In this document: positions 19,175 to 28,043 of the stretch, piece by piece
How the letters are laid out: each line of letters begins with the position of its first letter
How positions within the stretch are numbered: position 1 is the stretch's first letter
Origin: Holosporales bacterium
GTDB lineage: Bacteria > Pseudomonadota > Alphaproteobacteria > RUG11792
Length of the DNA: 63,155 nucleotides
Direction: 5' to 3'
Assembly: GCA_031262205.1 (NCBI GenBank)
Contig: JAISID010000020.1
Span: 1-63,155, forward strand
Translations under genes and position numbers: made by a program
The notes under the pieces: model-generated
Told to the model about the DNA's origin: nothing
Database searches by the model: none
The model's input: only the letters and a program-made list of their open reading frames with translations

Positions 19175-20329
19175 ATGGCATTTGACCCATCTCAAAATAT
19201 GAATAATAGAGAAGGCGAACTCTCTGAGGTTGACTCGTTTATTCAATTAAAAAATATAACTAAATACCGTAATGGAGACGCAATATTAAAAAACATATCC
19301 TTTTCAATTAGGAGAGGGGAATTCTTCTCTATTCTAGGCCCGTCGGGAGGCGGCAAAACAACCTTACTTCGAATTTTAGACGGTCTCGAAAAACCTACGG
19401 ATGGTCGCATAATAATAGACGGCGAGGACGTAACGGACTGGCCGCCTTATAAGAGACCTGTTAATATGATGTTTCAATCATACGCTTTATTCCCCCATAT
19501 GACGGTACCTCAAAACATCGAATTTGGACTAAAACAAGAAGGTCTTAAAAAAGATGAAATAAATAAAAGGATAGAAGAAGTCATGGAATTGACTAAACTT
19601 AATAGAATTAAAGATATTAAAGTTAGAAAAATAAATGAACTTTCCGGCGGGCAACGACAAAGCGTCGCTCTTGCGAGAAGTTTAGCTAAAAGACCAAAAG
19701 TATTACTTTTAGACGAACCTCTTTCAGCTCTCGATAAGGATGCTCGCCAGGAAACACAATACGAATTAATTAATATTCAAGAGCAGACTGGAATTACGTT
19801 CGTTTTTGTGACGCATGATCAAGAAGAAGCGATGGCAATTTCAGATCGTATAGCAGTTATAAACAAAGAACAACAAATTTGTCAAATTGGAACTCCTCAT
19901 AACATTTATGAATTTCCAAACACTGAATTTACCGCCACATTCATTGGAGAAGTAAATCTATTTGATTGTACTGTATTAGAACAGGATACGAATTATTTAT
20001 TGCTTCAATCTCATGAAATAGATAACCCTTGCTATGCATCCTACAATGGAGTCGTTTCCATTGGCGCTAATGTAAAATTAGCGATAAGGCCAGAAAAAAT
20101 AATGATATCAACCTTACAACCTGCCTATCCAAGAAATTGTACGCAAGGAATTATAGAAGAAATATTATACCTCGGCGACATTTCTGTTTATCGCATCCTA
20201 TTAAGTTCTGGGAAGAGAATAAAAGTAACTTTAACGAATTTACGTAGGGTAAAAGATAGAGATTTGGATTATGAAAATAAAGTTTATTTATTCTGGAGTT
20301 CTGAAAATAGTTTGGTCTTAACATCATGA
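19175..20329 (+). CDS. potA: Spermidine/putrescine ABC transporter ATP-binding protein
   Basis: Walker A GPSGGGKTT, signature LSGGQRQ, Walker B LLLDEPLSALD, and a PotA-type C-terminal regulatory domain. Confidence 0.85.
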   Translation: MAFDPSQNMNNREGELSEVDSFIQLKNITKYRNGDAILKNISFSIRRGEFFSILGPSGGGKTTLLRILDGLEKPTDGRIIIDGEDVTDWPPYKRPVNMMFQSYALFPHMTVPQNIEFGLKQEGLKKDEINKRIEEVMELTKLNRIKDIKVRKINELSGGQRQSVALARSLAKRPKVLLLDEPLSALDKDARQETQYELINIQEQTGITFVFVTHDQEEAMAISDRIAVINKEQQICQIGTPHNIYEFPNTEFTATFIGEVNLFDCTVLEQDTNYLLLQSHEIDNPCYASYNGVVSIGANVKLAIRPEKIMISTLQPAYPRNCTQGIIEEILYLGDISVYRILLSSGKRIKVTLTNLRRVKDRDLDYENKVYLFWSSENSLVLTS

Positions 20330-21216
20330 AACTAAACCTACATAGTCTTGGGGAAAAAACAAAAATGAAACTGCTTAAGCCTGGAAGAAAAGCCAGAAAT
20401 GCAATGTTAACGATAGTAATATTTTTAACAATACTATTTTTTGCCATACCTTTAATTATAAGTTTCGTAATAAGTATTTCTAAAACAAACTTAGACCCAA
20501 ATGCTTTAATAGAGCCGATTATTCAAATCACTAATACTATCTCTAATTTTAAAATTATCATAAATATTATTATCGATAATTACATCAATATAGTATCTAA
20601 TACAATTTATATCGCCGCATTCTTCAATTCTGTCATTTTGGGAATCTTAACAACTATATTATGCCTTATAATAGGGCTTCCAATAGCATATAGCATACAT
20701 AACATTAATACAGAAAAAATAAGAGCATTTGTTATTTCAATAATATTAATTTCTTTTTTAATACCGTCTCCTATACGCGCAAATGCTTTGATTAACATTT
20801 TAAATTCTATTGGAATTAAGCCGAAACAGCCTTCCGAAACTTTTTTCACTATATGCTTAGGCATGGTTTATTGTTATTTGCCATTTGTGATATTTCCAAT
20901 CTATACTGCCCTGACGAAAATTGATAGATCTTATTTAGAAGCAGTAAGCGATCTTGGTTGCGGACCAACCAAAACCTTTTGGAGAATAGTAATTCCACTT
21001 TCAATACGCGGTATTGCATCCGCTTGCGTCCTAACTTTTATTATGTCGCTTGGAGACTTAGTCATTCCTGAACTAGTCGGTAATAATATACCAACTATTG
21101 GAACAATGATATCAGAACTTTTTTCAACTTCTGATTGGTCTTTAGCTTGCTCCTTATCTATAATTACAGTTCTGCTTACCATAATCCTTCTTACGATTTT
21201 TCGAGTTAAATTCTGA
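20326..21216 (+). CDS. potB: Polyamine ABC transporter permease (PotB-like)
   Basis: Multi-TM protein with the EAA-type loop SYLEAVSDLGCGPTKTFWRIVIPL. There is a 4-nt overlap with potA. No potC or potD follows. Confidence 0.75.
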   Translation: MKLNLHSLGEKTKMKLLKPGRKARNAMLTIVIFLTILFFAIPLIISFVISISKTNLDPNALIEPIIQITNTISNFKIIINIIIDNYINIVSNTIYIAAFFNSVILGILTTILCLIIGLPIAYSIHNINTEKIRAFVISIILISFLIPSPIRANALINILNSIGIKPKQPSETFFTICLGMVYCYLPFVIFPIYTALTKIDRSYLEAVSDLGCGPTKTFWRIVIPLSIRGIASACVLTFIMSLGDLVIPELVGNNIPTIGTMISELFSTSDWSLACSLSIITVLLTIILLTIFRVKF

Positions 21217-21382
21217 TTACATTTTTGCTTAAAACGTTGGGAGTTTGGAAATAATCCCTTAGCATGCAACGATAATTTCACATAAGCTATTAGAAACTCT
21301 AACGATGAATTTTAATTCATCTACTTCATGTTAGAGAAGCAATCCCCGAACTCTCTCCTCTTCTTTTACTAGTAAATATTAA

Positions 21383-21507
21383 GAAATCATCCCCCGATAT
21401 ATAACAGACAAGTAAGAATCTATCTAAAGGTATACCTCTAGAGTTTATAAGTATGCTTAAAGAAATCCGTCTTATAAGAACATCACTGCGCGTTAGGGGA
21501 TATTTTC
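21383..21507. repeat. Short intergenic module (type Y), GAAATCATCCCCC ... TTAGGGGATATTTTC
   Basis: Aligns with 6194-6316 (shared TAGAGTTT..., GCTTAAA.AAATCC, ...CGTTAGG). Confidence 0.75.
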
Positions 21508-21582
21508 TATAATATGGGACTTAAAATTAGTGTTCTTTTAGTAGAATGTCGGCCATTTTTAGTCTTTATTTTTAATGAAATA

Positions 21583-22011
21583 CTATCTCTTCAACAGCGG
21601 AAATTCGTCGACCAAGTTTTCATTAAAAAGTCTAGTCATATTCGGATGACCGCTAAATTTTATTCCAAACATATCAAAAATCTCGCGTTCATACCAATTC
21701 GCATTTTCAAAGATTTCAGTTAAACTCTGTATTTGCTCTTTTGCCCCCATATCCGTTACAACAAAAATAGTCGTATCAAACTCATAACTGCGCAACTGAT
21801 AATATACTGAAAATACGCCCTTCTCTTTAAGAAAATCTACGGCGAAACAATCCGTCAACGCAAGAAACTGCGTACCTTTGCTAGAGCTTAGAATCGACAT
21901 ACATTTAAGAAGAGATTCCGAATTAATATGAACATAGCGGTTCCCATTTATAGAATCAATTCTTGAAACGACCCCGCCTAGAACTTCTTTTATTAATTCA
22001 TCGCAAATCAT
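21583..22011 (-). CDS. nuoC: NADH-quinone oxidoreductase subunit C-like protein (short, not in a nuo operon)
   Basis: ANWYEREIFDMFGIKFSGHPNMTRLF is the NuoC/30-kDa subunit signature. It is 142 aa and ends soon after the PLLKR motif. Confidence 0.65.
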   Translation of the reverse strand: MICDELIKEVLGGVVSRIDSINGNRYVHINSESLLKCMSILSSSKGTQFLALTDCFAVDFLKEKGVFSVYYQLRSYEFDTTIFVVTDMGAKEQIQSLTEIFENANWYEREIFDMFGIKFSGHPNMTRLFNENLVDEFPLLKR

Positions 22012-22445
22012 TTCCTAAACATATCTATAGAAATTACCTTCCCAGATTGATCCTTTTTTGAGCTATCCGACGCGACTGATTTTTTATCGGTAAAATCCGG
22101 AGTAAAGTTTAACGAAAAGTTCTCGGAAGGATCGCTTACGGATATGATAGAAGAGAAAGGAATATAAAGCGCTTCGTCTGAATGTTCAAATGCAAGACTT
22201 ACGGAAAATCCAAAATCATCAACCGTTAAATCCCAAAATTCATATTGAAGAACTATCGTCATTTCATCTTCAAATTCGCCGCGTAATAATTCAGATGCTT
22301 TTACGTTCGGGTGATTCATAGCAAAAGTAATATAAAGATGTTGTTTTCGGAATAATCCGTCAGTCGCTACTTGTTTCAGTATATCTTTTACGACAGACAA
22401 AGACGCCTTTCTTAGCAATGTTTCATAATCTATTCTTTTTGCCAT
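22008..22445 (-). CDS. sspB: ClpXP adaptor SspB (alphaproteobacterial type)
   Basis: IDYETLLR...HLYITF...MTIVLQYEFWDLTVDD...IPFSSI core. A disordered linker and a C-terminal ISIDMFRK resemble the ClpX-binding tail. Confidence 0.7.
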   Translation of the reverse strand: MAKRIDYETLLRKASLSVVKDILKQVATDGLFRKQHLYITFAMNHPNVKASELLRGEFEDEMTIVLQYEFWDLTVDDFGFSVSLAFEHSDEALYIPFSSIISVSDPSENFSLNFTPDFTDKKSVASDSSKKDQSGKVISIDMFRK

Positions 22446-22624
22446 TCTATGCCTCTTTCATTCCCATAAACGCGTCAACCCTTACAATGCCTCTTGTTGT
22501 TTCTATTTCGCCTTACGCGTAAAAATAACCATCAATAAAAACATGGCTTTAGCATATCATTTATACAATTTTGAATACAATAACTTACCCGTTTATACGA
22601 TCCTAAGAAGTTAGAAAACTCATT

Positions 22625-23080
22625 ACCCTTTCGCAAAAGGCTCCGCTCTAATCGGCGGCGCTCCCTGTTCTCCACGACTATGGGAAATGTTTTTGAACTT
22701 ATCTGCGAACAACGATACTAAACAAAGAAACCAAACGGGGGAATTCTGTTGCTCGGAGTCCCCCAAACCGCCAACTCTACTGTTTAAAACAGCAAGCAAA
22801 AAAGATGCTTAAAATCCCATCACGGGCAGATTAGGCGGCCTTTTTTGCAGCGGACTTCCTGTTAAGGTTACCCGCGAGTTTTTTGCTTCTTCTGTTACGA
22901 TTAGCATTTATTTTTTATCAGCCCAATAACGACGGGACAATGCCGAGTGAAAGATATACCTTTATCGCAATATGTCGAACCTATTTCGTCCCCATACTTA
23001 ACTCAATGGCGGAGACGCAGGGTACCGCCCCCTGGTCCATAAAACCTATTCCGTAAGTCGTTTATCACTATAGCTACAAG
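22625..23080 (-). ncRNA. ssrA: Two-piece (circularly permuted) tmRNA gene; boundaries approximate
   Basis: Read on the minus strand:
- T-arm CAGGG-GGCGGTA-CCCTG (23018-23034), followed by the acceptor 3' strand CGTCTCC-G-CCA (ending at 23007).
- A 13-nt spacer follows.
- The coding piece starts GGGGACGAAATAGGTTCGAC (from 22993).
- GGGGACG pairs with CGTCTCC, giving G3-U70.
- The tag frame GCT AAT ... GCC GCC TAA (about 22896-22822) ends in Ala-Ala.
- Hairpin CCTTT-TGCG-AAAGG lies near 22628-22641. Confidence 0.7.
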
Positions 23081-23141
23081 AAGTAACATCTTTATTGTAA
23101 CACCCATTAATACATAATACAACACGCTCCCATATAAATTT

Positions 23142-24086
23142 TCATCTATACTTTATAGACCAAAGAAAAGATAAAATTACTAACATAAAGAACAAAATAT
23201 GAAAACCCCCAAGAATATTCACTATAGACGCAGCCTTCCCAAATATTCCCGATACGACGACTTGCGGCTGAACCACATTAACTTTCTTATGTAAAATAAA
23301 AACAATAGGATAAATTGCAAATACGATAAACGAAAACGACGGCATCACGCTGCAAGTTATTAAAACGAAAACAAATACGAACGCTAAATGCAATATTGCG
23401 AATAAAAGATAGTATGAAACCTTTAGCCCAAATTTCGTCGCTAAGGTTTGCGATTTGGCTAAATCAAACTTATAATCCCTAATGTTATTAATCAAAACAA
23501 TCGCCGTCGTCATAAGGCCAAAAGGGACTGAAAACACAACGTCTTTTACTGAAAGGCTGCCTATCAACGATATAACGCACGCTGAAAAAAGAAGAGGGGC
23601 GTATGCCGTAAACACACAAACTTCGCTCAATAGTTTATATTTCAGACCAAACGGCCATTCACTGTAAAATAAAGATATTCCTGCTCCCATAAGCCCTGGT
23701 ATAACCAGCAAAAACGTTCCGTATACAAGCGATATAATCCCCAAGATTGAGGCGATAATAAACGAAGCGCCGCCTATATATAAAACATGCCTACATGGGA
23801 CTATTCCAGTAATTAATCTATATTTAGTCTCCGACGAATGAACATCGTCAATTCCTTTTTGACAGTCCCTATATTCAGAAATAGTATTCGTCGCTAAATG
23901 AAATAATAATATCGCCAATGCAACGCATAAAAACGATTTATAATTAACAAGATCATTTATTTTATTATACATACAATAACAATACGCGACTAAAATTGAG
24001 AGGCTCGACATCATTAACGTATGAATCCTCGCGACTCTAGCATATATACATACAATTTTTAATTTGTTCGTAAATTGATTTAACAT
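23142..24086 (-). CDS. UbiA-family aromatic prenyltransferase (MenA-like)
   Basis: About 8-9 TM segments. Asp-rich motifs NTISEYRDCQKGIDD and NNIRDYKFD are typical of the UbiA/MenA superfamily. Confidence 0.65.
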   Translation of the reverse strand: MLNQFTNKLKIVCIYARVARIHTLMMSSLSILVAYCYCMYNKINDLVNYKSFLCVALAILLFHLATNTISEYRDCQKGIDDVHSSETKYRLITGIVPCRHVLYIGGASFIIASILGIISLVYGTFLLVIPGLMGAGISLFYSEWPFGLKYKLLSEVCVFTAYAPLLFSACVISLIGSLSVKDVVFSVPFGLMTTAIVLINNIRDYKFDLAKSQTLATKFGLKVSYYLLFAILHLAFVFVFVLITCSVMPSFSFIVFAIYPIVFILHKKVNVVQPQVVVSGIFGKAASIVNILGGFHILFFMLVILSFLWSIKYR

Positions 24087-24224
24087 ATATTTATTTGCCT
24101 CTGAGCGCTACGCTTAAATATTGTTTTCTAGCCGGCTCGAATTTAAGTATCAGTTTTCTTTTACTACAATCTTAGTTATGTATATAATATCCTAGAACTA
24201 ATAAGCGTAGAAGAGACGTTAAAA

Positions 24225-24416
24225 ATGAGCGAATTGACGTTCGAACAAGCAGTAAGCGAACTGGAAGAAATCATAAAAAAACTTGAAGACGGACGGATGC
24301 CTTTGGAAGACGCCTTAAAAGCATTTGAAAGAGGCTCGGAACTTAAAAAAATCTGCGAGACAAAACTGAAAGAAGCGCAGCTAAAAATTGAAATGCTAGC
24401 TGAAAAACCCGAGTAA
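24225..24416 (+). CDS. xseB: Exodeoxyribonuclease VII small subunit
   Basis: 63 aa. FEQAVSELEEIIKKLEDGRMPLEDALKAFERG is canonical XseB. Confidence 0.9.
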   Translation: MSELTFEQAVSELEEIIKKLEDGRMPLEDALKAFERGSELKKICETKLKEAQLKIEMLAEKPE

Positions 24417-24426
24417 AATAAATCCC

Positions 24427-25212
24427 ATGAACTCCGATATATTATCTTTAGGAATTATACAAGGCATATTCGAGATATTGCCGGTAAGCTCGTCTGTAAA
24501 TTTGCATTTTTTCTCTAAGTTTTTTAATATTCACGAATGTTCCCTGTCTATAAAAATAGCTCTGCATATAGGAAGCCTAATAACGCTTCTTATATATTTT
24601 AATAAAGAGATCGCCGATATAATAAAGGGCATATTCTCCAAAAACAAAAAAATATCGGATACTTATCTTCTCCAATTAATCGCCGGGACAATACCTGTTA
24701 TCGTCGCTGGAAGTCTGGCTTGGAATTTTGTTAAAGAATTTAACTCGCTCAAAATTATGGGGATTTCATGCATAATCTTCGGGATTCTGTTAGTTATATT
24801 CGATAAATTATCTTGCGTAGATAAACCCCGAAGCCAGAAAGGACATATATCAATAACCAAATCGCTAATTATTGGAATGTTTCAATCAATTTCTATATTC
24901 CCAGGAATTAGTCGCCTCGGCATCTGCATAACGGCGGCAAGAATGCTTTCTTTAGATAGAAAGAATGCTATCCGCTTCTCGCTAATGCTTGCAATACCTA
25001 GTATCCTAGGCGCTCTTGTCTTAGGATTAATCGAGAATTATAAAGTTTATAAATACTCTTTGCTTCAAAGCGAAACACTAATAGGAATTGCGGTAACGGC
25101 TGTCGTTGGCTTAGTCGCGATATTGCCATGCGTAAAATATATGGAAAAACATGGATTCTTAGCTTTAACAATTTACAGAATCTTGATCAGTTTGCTTATC
25201 TGTTTTATGTAA
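24427..25212 (+). CDS. uppP: Undecaprenyl-diphosphate phosphatase
   Basis: 261 aa, multi-TM. EILPVSSS (compare EFLPISSSGH) and PGISRLG motifs. Confidence 0.85.
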   Translation: MNSDILSLGIIQGIFEILPVSSSVNLHFFSKFFNIHECSLSIKIALHIGSLITLLIYFNKEIADIIKGIFSKNKKISDTYLLQLIAGTIPVIVAGSLAWNFVKEFNSLKIMGISCIIFGILLVIFDKLSCVDKPRSQKGHISITKSLIIGMFQSISIFPGISRLGICITAARMLSLDRKNAIRFSLMLAIPSILGALVLGLIENYKVYKYSLLQSETLIGIAVTAVVGLVAILPCVKYMEKHGFLALTIYRILISLLICFM

Positions 25213-25361
25213 AAATCTAACAGGGCTTATCTCATAACGAGCAGTTATAACTTTGAAGTATTATTTATAATCAATCGTGGATGGAATTTTTTCTTCCCAA
25301 AAAGCAAGGGAATTATTGGGAAAATCTTAACGTTCTTATATTAACCTTTTAAAATTTCATC

Positions 25362-25450
25362 TTTGAGAACGGCGGCTTTCGCAGTATTAACTGCGACCGA
25401 GCTATAAAGCTCGGGTTCGGCAAAGCCGAACAAGCCGCCGTTCTCTCAAA
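25362..25450. other. 89-nt perfect four-way-junction (cloverleaf-shaped) element
   Basis: The outer stem is TTTGAGAACGGCGGCTT / AAGCCGCCGTTCTC(TC)AAA. It encloses three abutting hairpins: TCGCAG-TATTAA-CTGCGA, CCGAGC-TATAAA-GCTCGG and GTTCGGC-AAA-GCCGAAC. It is single copy in the window. Confidence 0.6.
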
Positions 25451-25451
25451 T

Positions 25452-25670
25452 ATAATATTTATCTTTTGGCTCACTCGATTATGCCGATTTATCACGCGTC
25501 GGTTGTCAAGGGACGCTTCTCTTCGTTCGCTCTAAAGCCCTTGACAAGTCGCTTTATAAATCGGTCGAGATATCCTCGTTCCAAAAGATAAATATTATTG
25601 GGGGACGGTTATGTCTTATAGTCCGGTTTCTCGTCGTTAATATCAGTATTTTGACTCTCTAGAGAAGGGG
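25452..25670 (+). repeat. Nested-palindrome dispersed repeat, copy 2 (orientation A)
   Basis: Aligns end to end with copies at 5922, 39390, 44726, 46861 and 62975. Confidence 0.9.
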
Positions 25671-25844
25671 CGTTTTGCGGCCTAGGGCTAATATGCTAAT
25701 TTTACTAAACTGAGCGTTATTTTTTGCGTATAAATCTTGCTCGCAAGGCGTCAGGGGATGTGATTTGCAAGTTCCGTTTGTTTTTGAGTGGAAAGTTCTT
25801 GGCATACGTGTTCTAATATCCTATATCTCCTTTGTAAAAACTAT

Positions 25845-27206
25845 ATGAATTGCAAGGTTAGATTCGCTCCAAGTCCTACTGGATTCTTGCATATTGGAAA
25901 CGCTAGGATAGCGGTTGTAAATTATCTGTTCGCTAAAAAAAACAACGGTAGATTTTTGCTTAGAATAGACGACACCGACGCCATACGCTCTAAAAAAGAA
26001 TACGAAGACTCCATAATTGAAGATCTGGCGTGGCTTGGAATAGAGTACGATGAAACTTTCAGACAATCCGAAAGAAAAGAACGGTACGACGAAATTAAGA
26101 ACAACCTCGTGGCCGACGGAGTTTTATATAAATGCTACGAGTCTCAAGAAGAGCTGGAATATAAACGAAAAGTCTCGCTCTCGAAAGGAATTCCGCCGGT
26201 TTACGATAGACATTCGTTGACTCTTACCGACGAACAAAAACAAAAATTTGAGAGCGACGGCGTCCCGTCTTACTGGCGATTCAAACTTCCAAACAAAATT
26301 GTTTCCTGGGACGACATTATATTGGGGGAAATTTCATACGACTTGAACAACGTTAGCGATCCAGTCGTTATCAAAGCCGATGGAACATATCTTTATTCGT
26401 TCTCTTCAGTTGTCGACGATTCCGATAGCGGAGTAACTCATATCATAAGAGGCCAAGATCACGTCACGAATACGGCCGTTCAGATAGCGATGTTCGACAA
26501 AATCTCTAAAAATAAATTTAACGCTAAATTCGCGCATTTATCATTGTTCGTTAATAAAGACGGCTCGCAGTTTTCAAAAAGATTAGGGAGTATGAATTTA
26601 GGAGATTTAAGAAAACGCGGCATAGACCCTATGGCGATTTCTAATTTATTAGCGACGTTGGGTTCGTCGCTTGACGTAAGTTCATTCCAAAACATGGACG
26701 ATTTAATAGAGTATTTTGATATTAGAAAATTCAGCGCAAATTCTCCGAAGTTCGACATAGACGACGTTCTAAAACTAAACGGAAAAATAATCCGCTCAAA
26801 GCCTTATAAGGATATAAAAAAATTCGGGCTTTCAGAGGACGCGTTTGAAGTTATAAAAGACAACATTGAAAACTACAACGATTTCAAAACATGGAAAGAT
26901 ATACTAAAACCTGGGTATATTTCAAACTATGTTCCGAACGCCCAAGGAAAGAAGTTGTTAGAAACGGCGATTAGCGAACTGGAGAACGTCGTTGAACTCG
27001 ATAACGAATCCAGCGTGAAATTTTTGGAACGCCTAAAAAGCGCGGCGGGAGTTTCAGGGAAAGAACTTTATATACCTTTAAGAGAGTCGTTAACTAATAT
27101 GGAACACGGCCCGAATATTACGCAGTTATTTACTTTGTTTGGGAAAAAGGAAACGCAGCGAAGATTTGCTTCAACCGTTCTCAAAAGCAAGGAAATATGT
27201 CGATAG
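25845..27206 (+). CDS. gltX: Glutamyl-tRNA synthetase (start taken at Met20 of the ORF)
   Basis: VRFAPSPTGFLHIGNAR (HIGH motif) and the KMSKS-equivalent FSKRLGS, with class I GluRS architecture. Confidence 0.9.
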   Translation: MNCKVRFAPSPTGFLHIGNARIAVVNYLFAKKNNGRFLLRIDDTDAIRSKKEYEDSIIEDLAWLGIEYDETFRQSERKERYDEIKNNLVADGVLYKCYESQEELEYKRKVSLSKGIPPVYDRHSLTLTDEQKQKFESDGVPSYWRFKLPNKIVSWDDIILGEISYDLNNVSDPVVIKADGTYLYSFSSVVDDSDSGVTHIIRGQDHVTNTAVQIAMFDKISKNKFNAKFAHLSLFVNKDGSQFSKRLGSMNLGDLRKRGIDPMAISNLLATLGSSLDVSSFQNMDDLIEYFDIRKFSANSPKFDIDDVLKLNGKIIRSKPYKDIKKFGLSEDAFEVIKDNIENYNDFKTWKDILKPGYISNYVPNAQGKKLLETAISELENVVELDNESSVKFLERLKSAAGVSGKELYIPLRESLTNMEHGPNITQLFTLFGKKETQRRFASTVLKSKEICR

Positions 27207-27577
27207 CCGTAAACGGAGCATTATGTCAATGTTCGTTCGGAACGACGCCGTCTCCTCTTGTCGTTGTTCCAAAAGCACGAGTCTTCGCAGGCGGATTGCC
27301 TGTCGCGACGATAACGGATTTTATACCAGTGGTTAATATAGCGACGTTTGGAATGTGCTCCGCATTATCAAATCCCACCGTGGCCGCCGCGACTGCCGCC
27401 GCTTTCGGCGTATTGACTCCAATGCCGTGCGCGCCAGCGGTAACTTCTCCTTGGATACCGACAAAACCCGCCGTTCTATCGTCGCTCTGTCCAGTCGCTT
27501 GCAATGGAGATACTTGCATGTGTATGTGGGGAGGAATTGTAAAGATTATAATGCCAGGTCAGTGTTCAGTATTGTGA
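27197..27577 (+). CDS. DUF4280 (PAAR-like) domain protein
   Basis: 126 aa. NGALCQCSFGTTPSPLVV.P...FAGGLPVATITDFIPVVNIATFGMCSALSNPTVAAATAAAFGVLTPMPCAP...W.P...V......PVA.NGDTCMCMWGGIVKI..PGQ matches my recollection of the DUF4280 consensus. ATG lies inside the last codons of gltX, with AGGA upstream. Confidence 0.7.
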   Translation: MSIAVNGALCQCSFGTTPSPLVVVPKARVFAGGLPVATITDFIPVVNIATFGMCSALSNPTVAAATAAAFGVLTPMPCAPAVTSPWIPTKPAVLSSLCPVACNGDTCMCMWGGIVKIIMPGQCSVL

Positions 27578-28043
27578 CTTTTCTCTTGAAGACAACGTTT
27601 AAAAAAGGATTAACCTATCTCCATGCAACCTTGTACGTTGTCTCTCTCCTCGCAATCAATACCCAAATATCCCCCTTTCCTGTTAAGATTATCGCATAAA
27701 ATCATTTTCCTAAGTCTATGCTTGAATTTTCAAAGATTGTGTCTTTAAATTCAAACATACAGTTGTTTTATGCCTTTTGTTATTCTGCGACAAAGACGCT
27801 TAACCCCGTCCTTATACTTAATTATAAAGTAATCTATTGCGGCTTCCGACGTTGAAATTAACCTTGTACGGCTTAGTTCTTCTTTGCTTCTTAACCCAAT
27901 TCTAATTTACCTAATGTACGTTAAGGCATGAGTTCCTTAAAAAATAAGCCGCCGTTTAAAAATATCCCTTATAAATGTCGCTGTAGAATTTTATATCTCA
28001 CAAACAATTCTGAATCTTTATTATTAAATGTAAATGAAATACA

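Noticed and set aside
27226-27699. ORFs 27226-27519 (-) and 27355-27699 (+) overlapping the DUF4280 gene
   Set aside because: Only the 27197-27577 frame gives a recognisable full-length domain. The locally GC-rich sequence keeps the other frames open.
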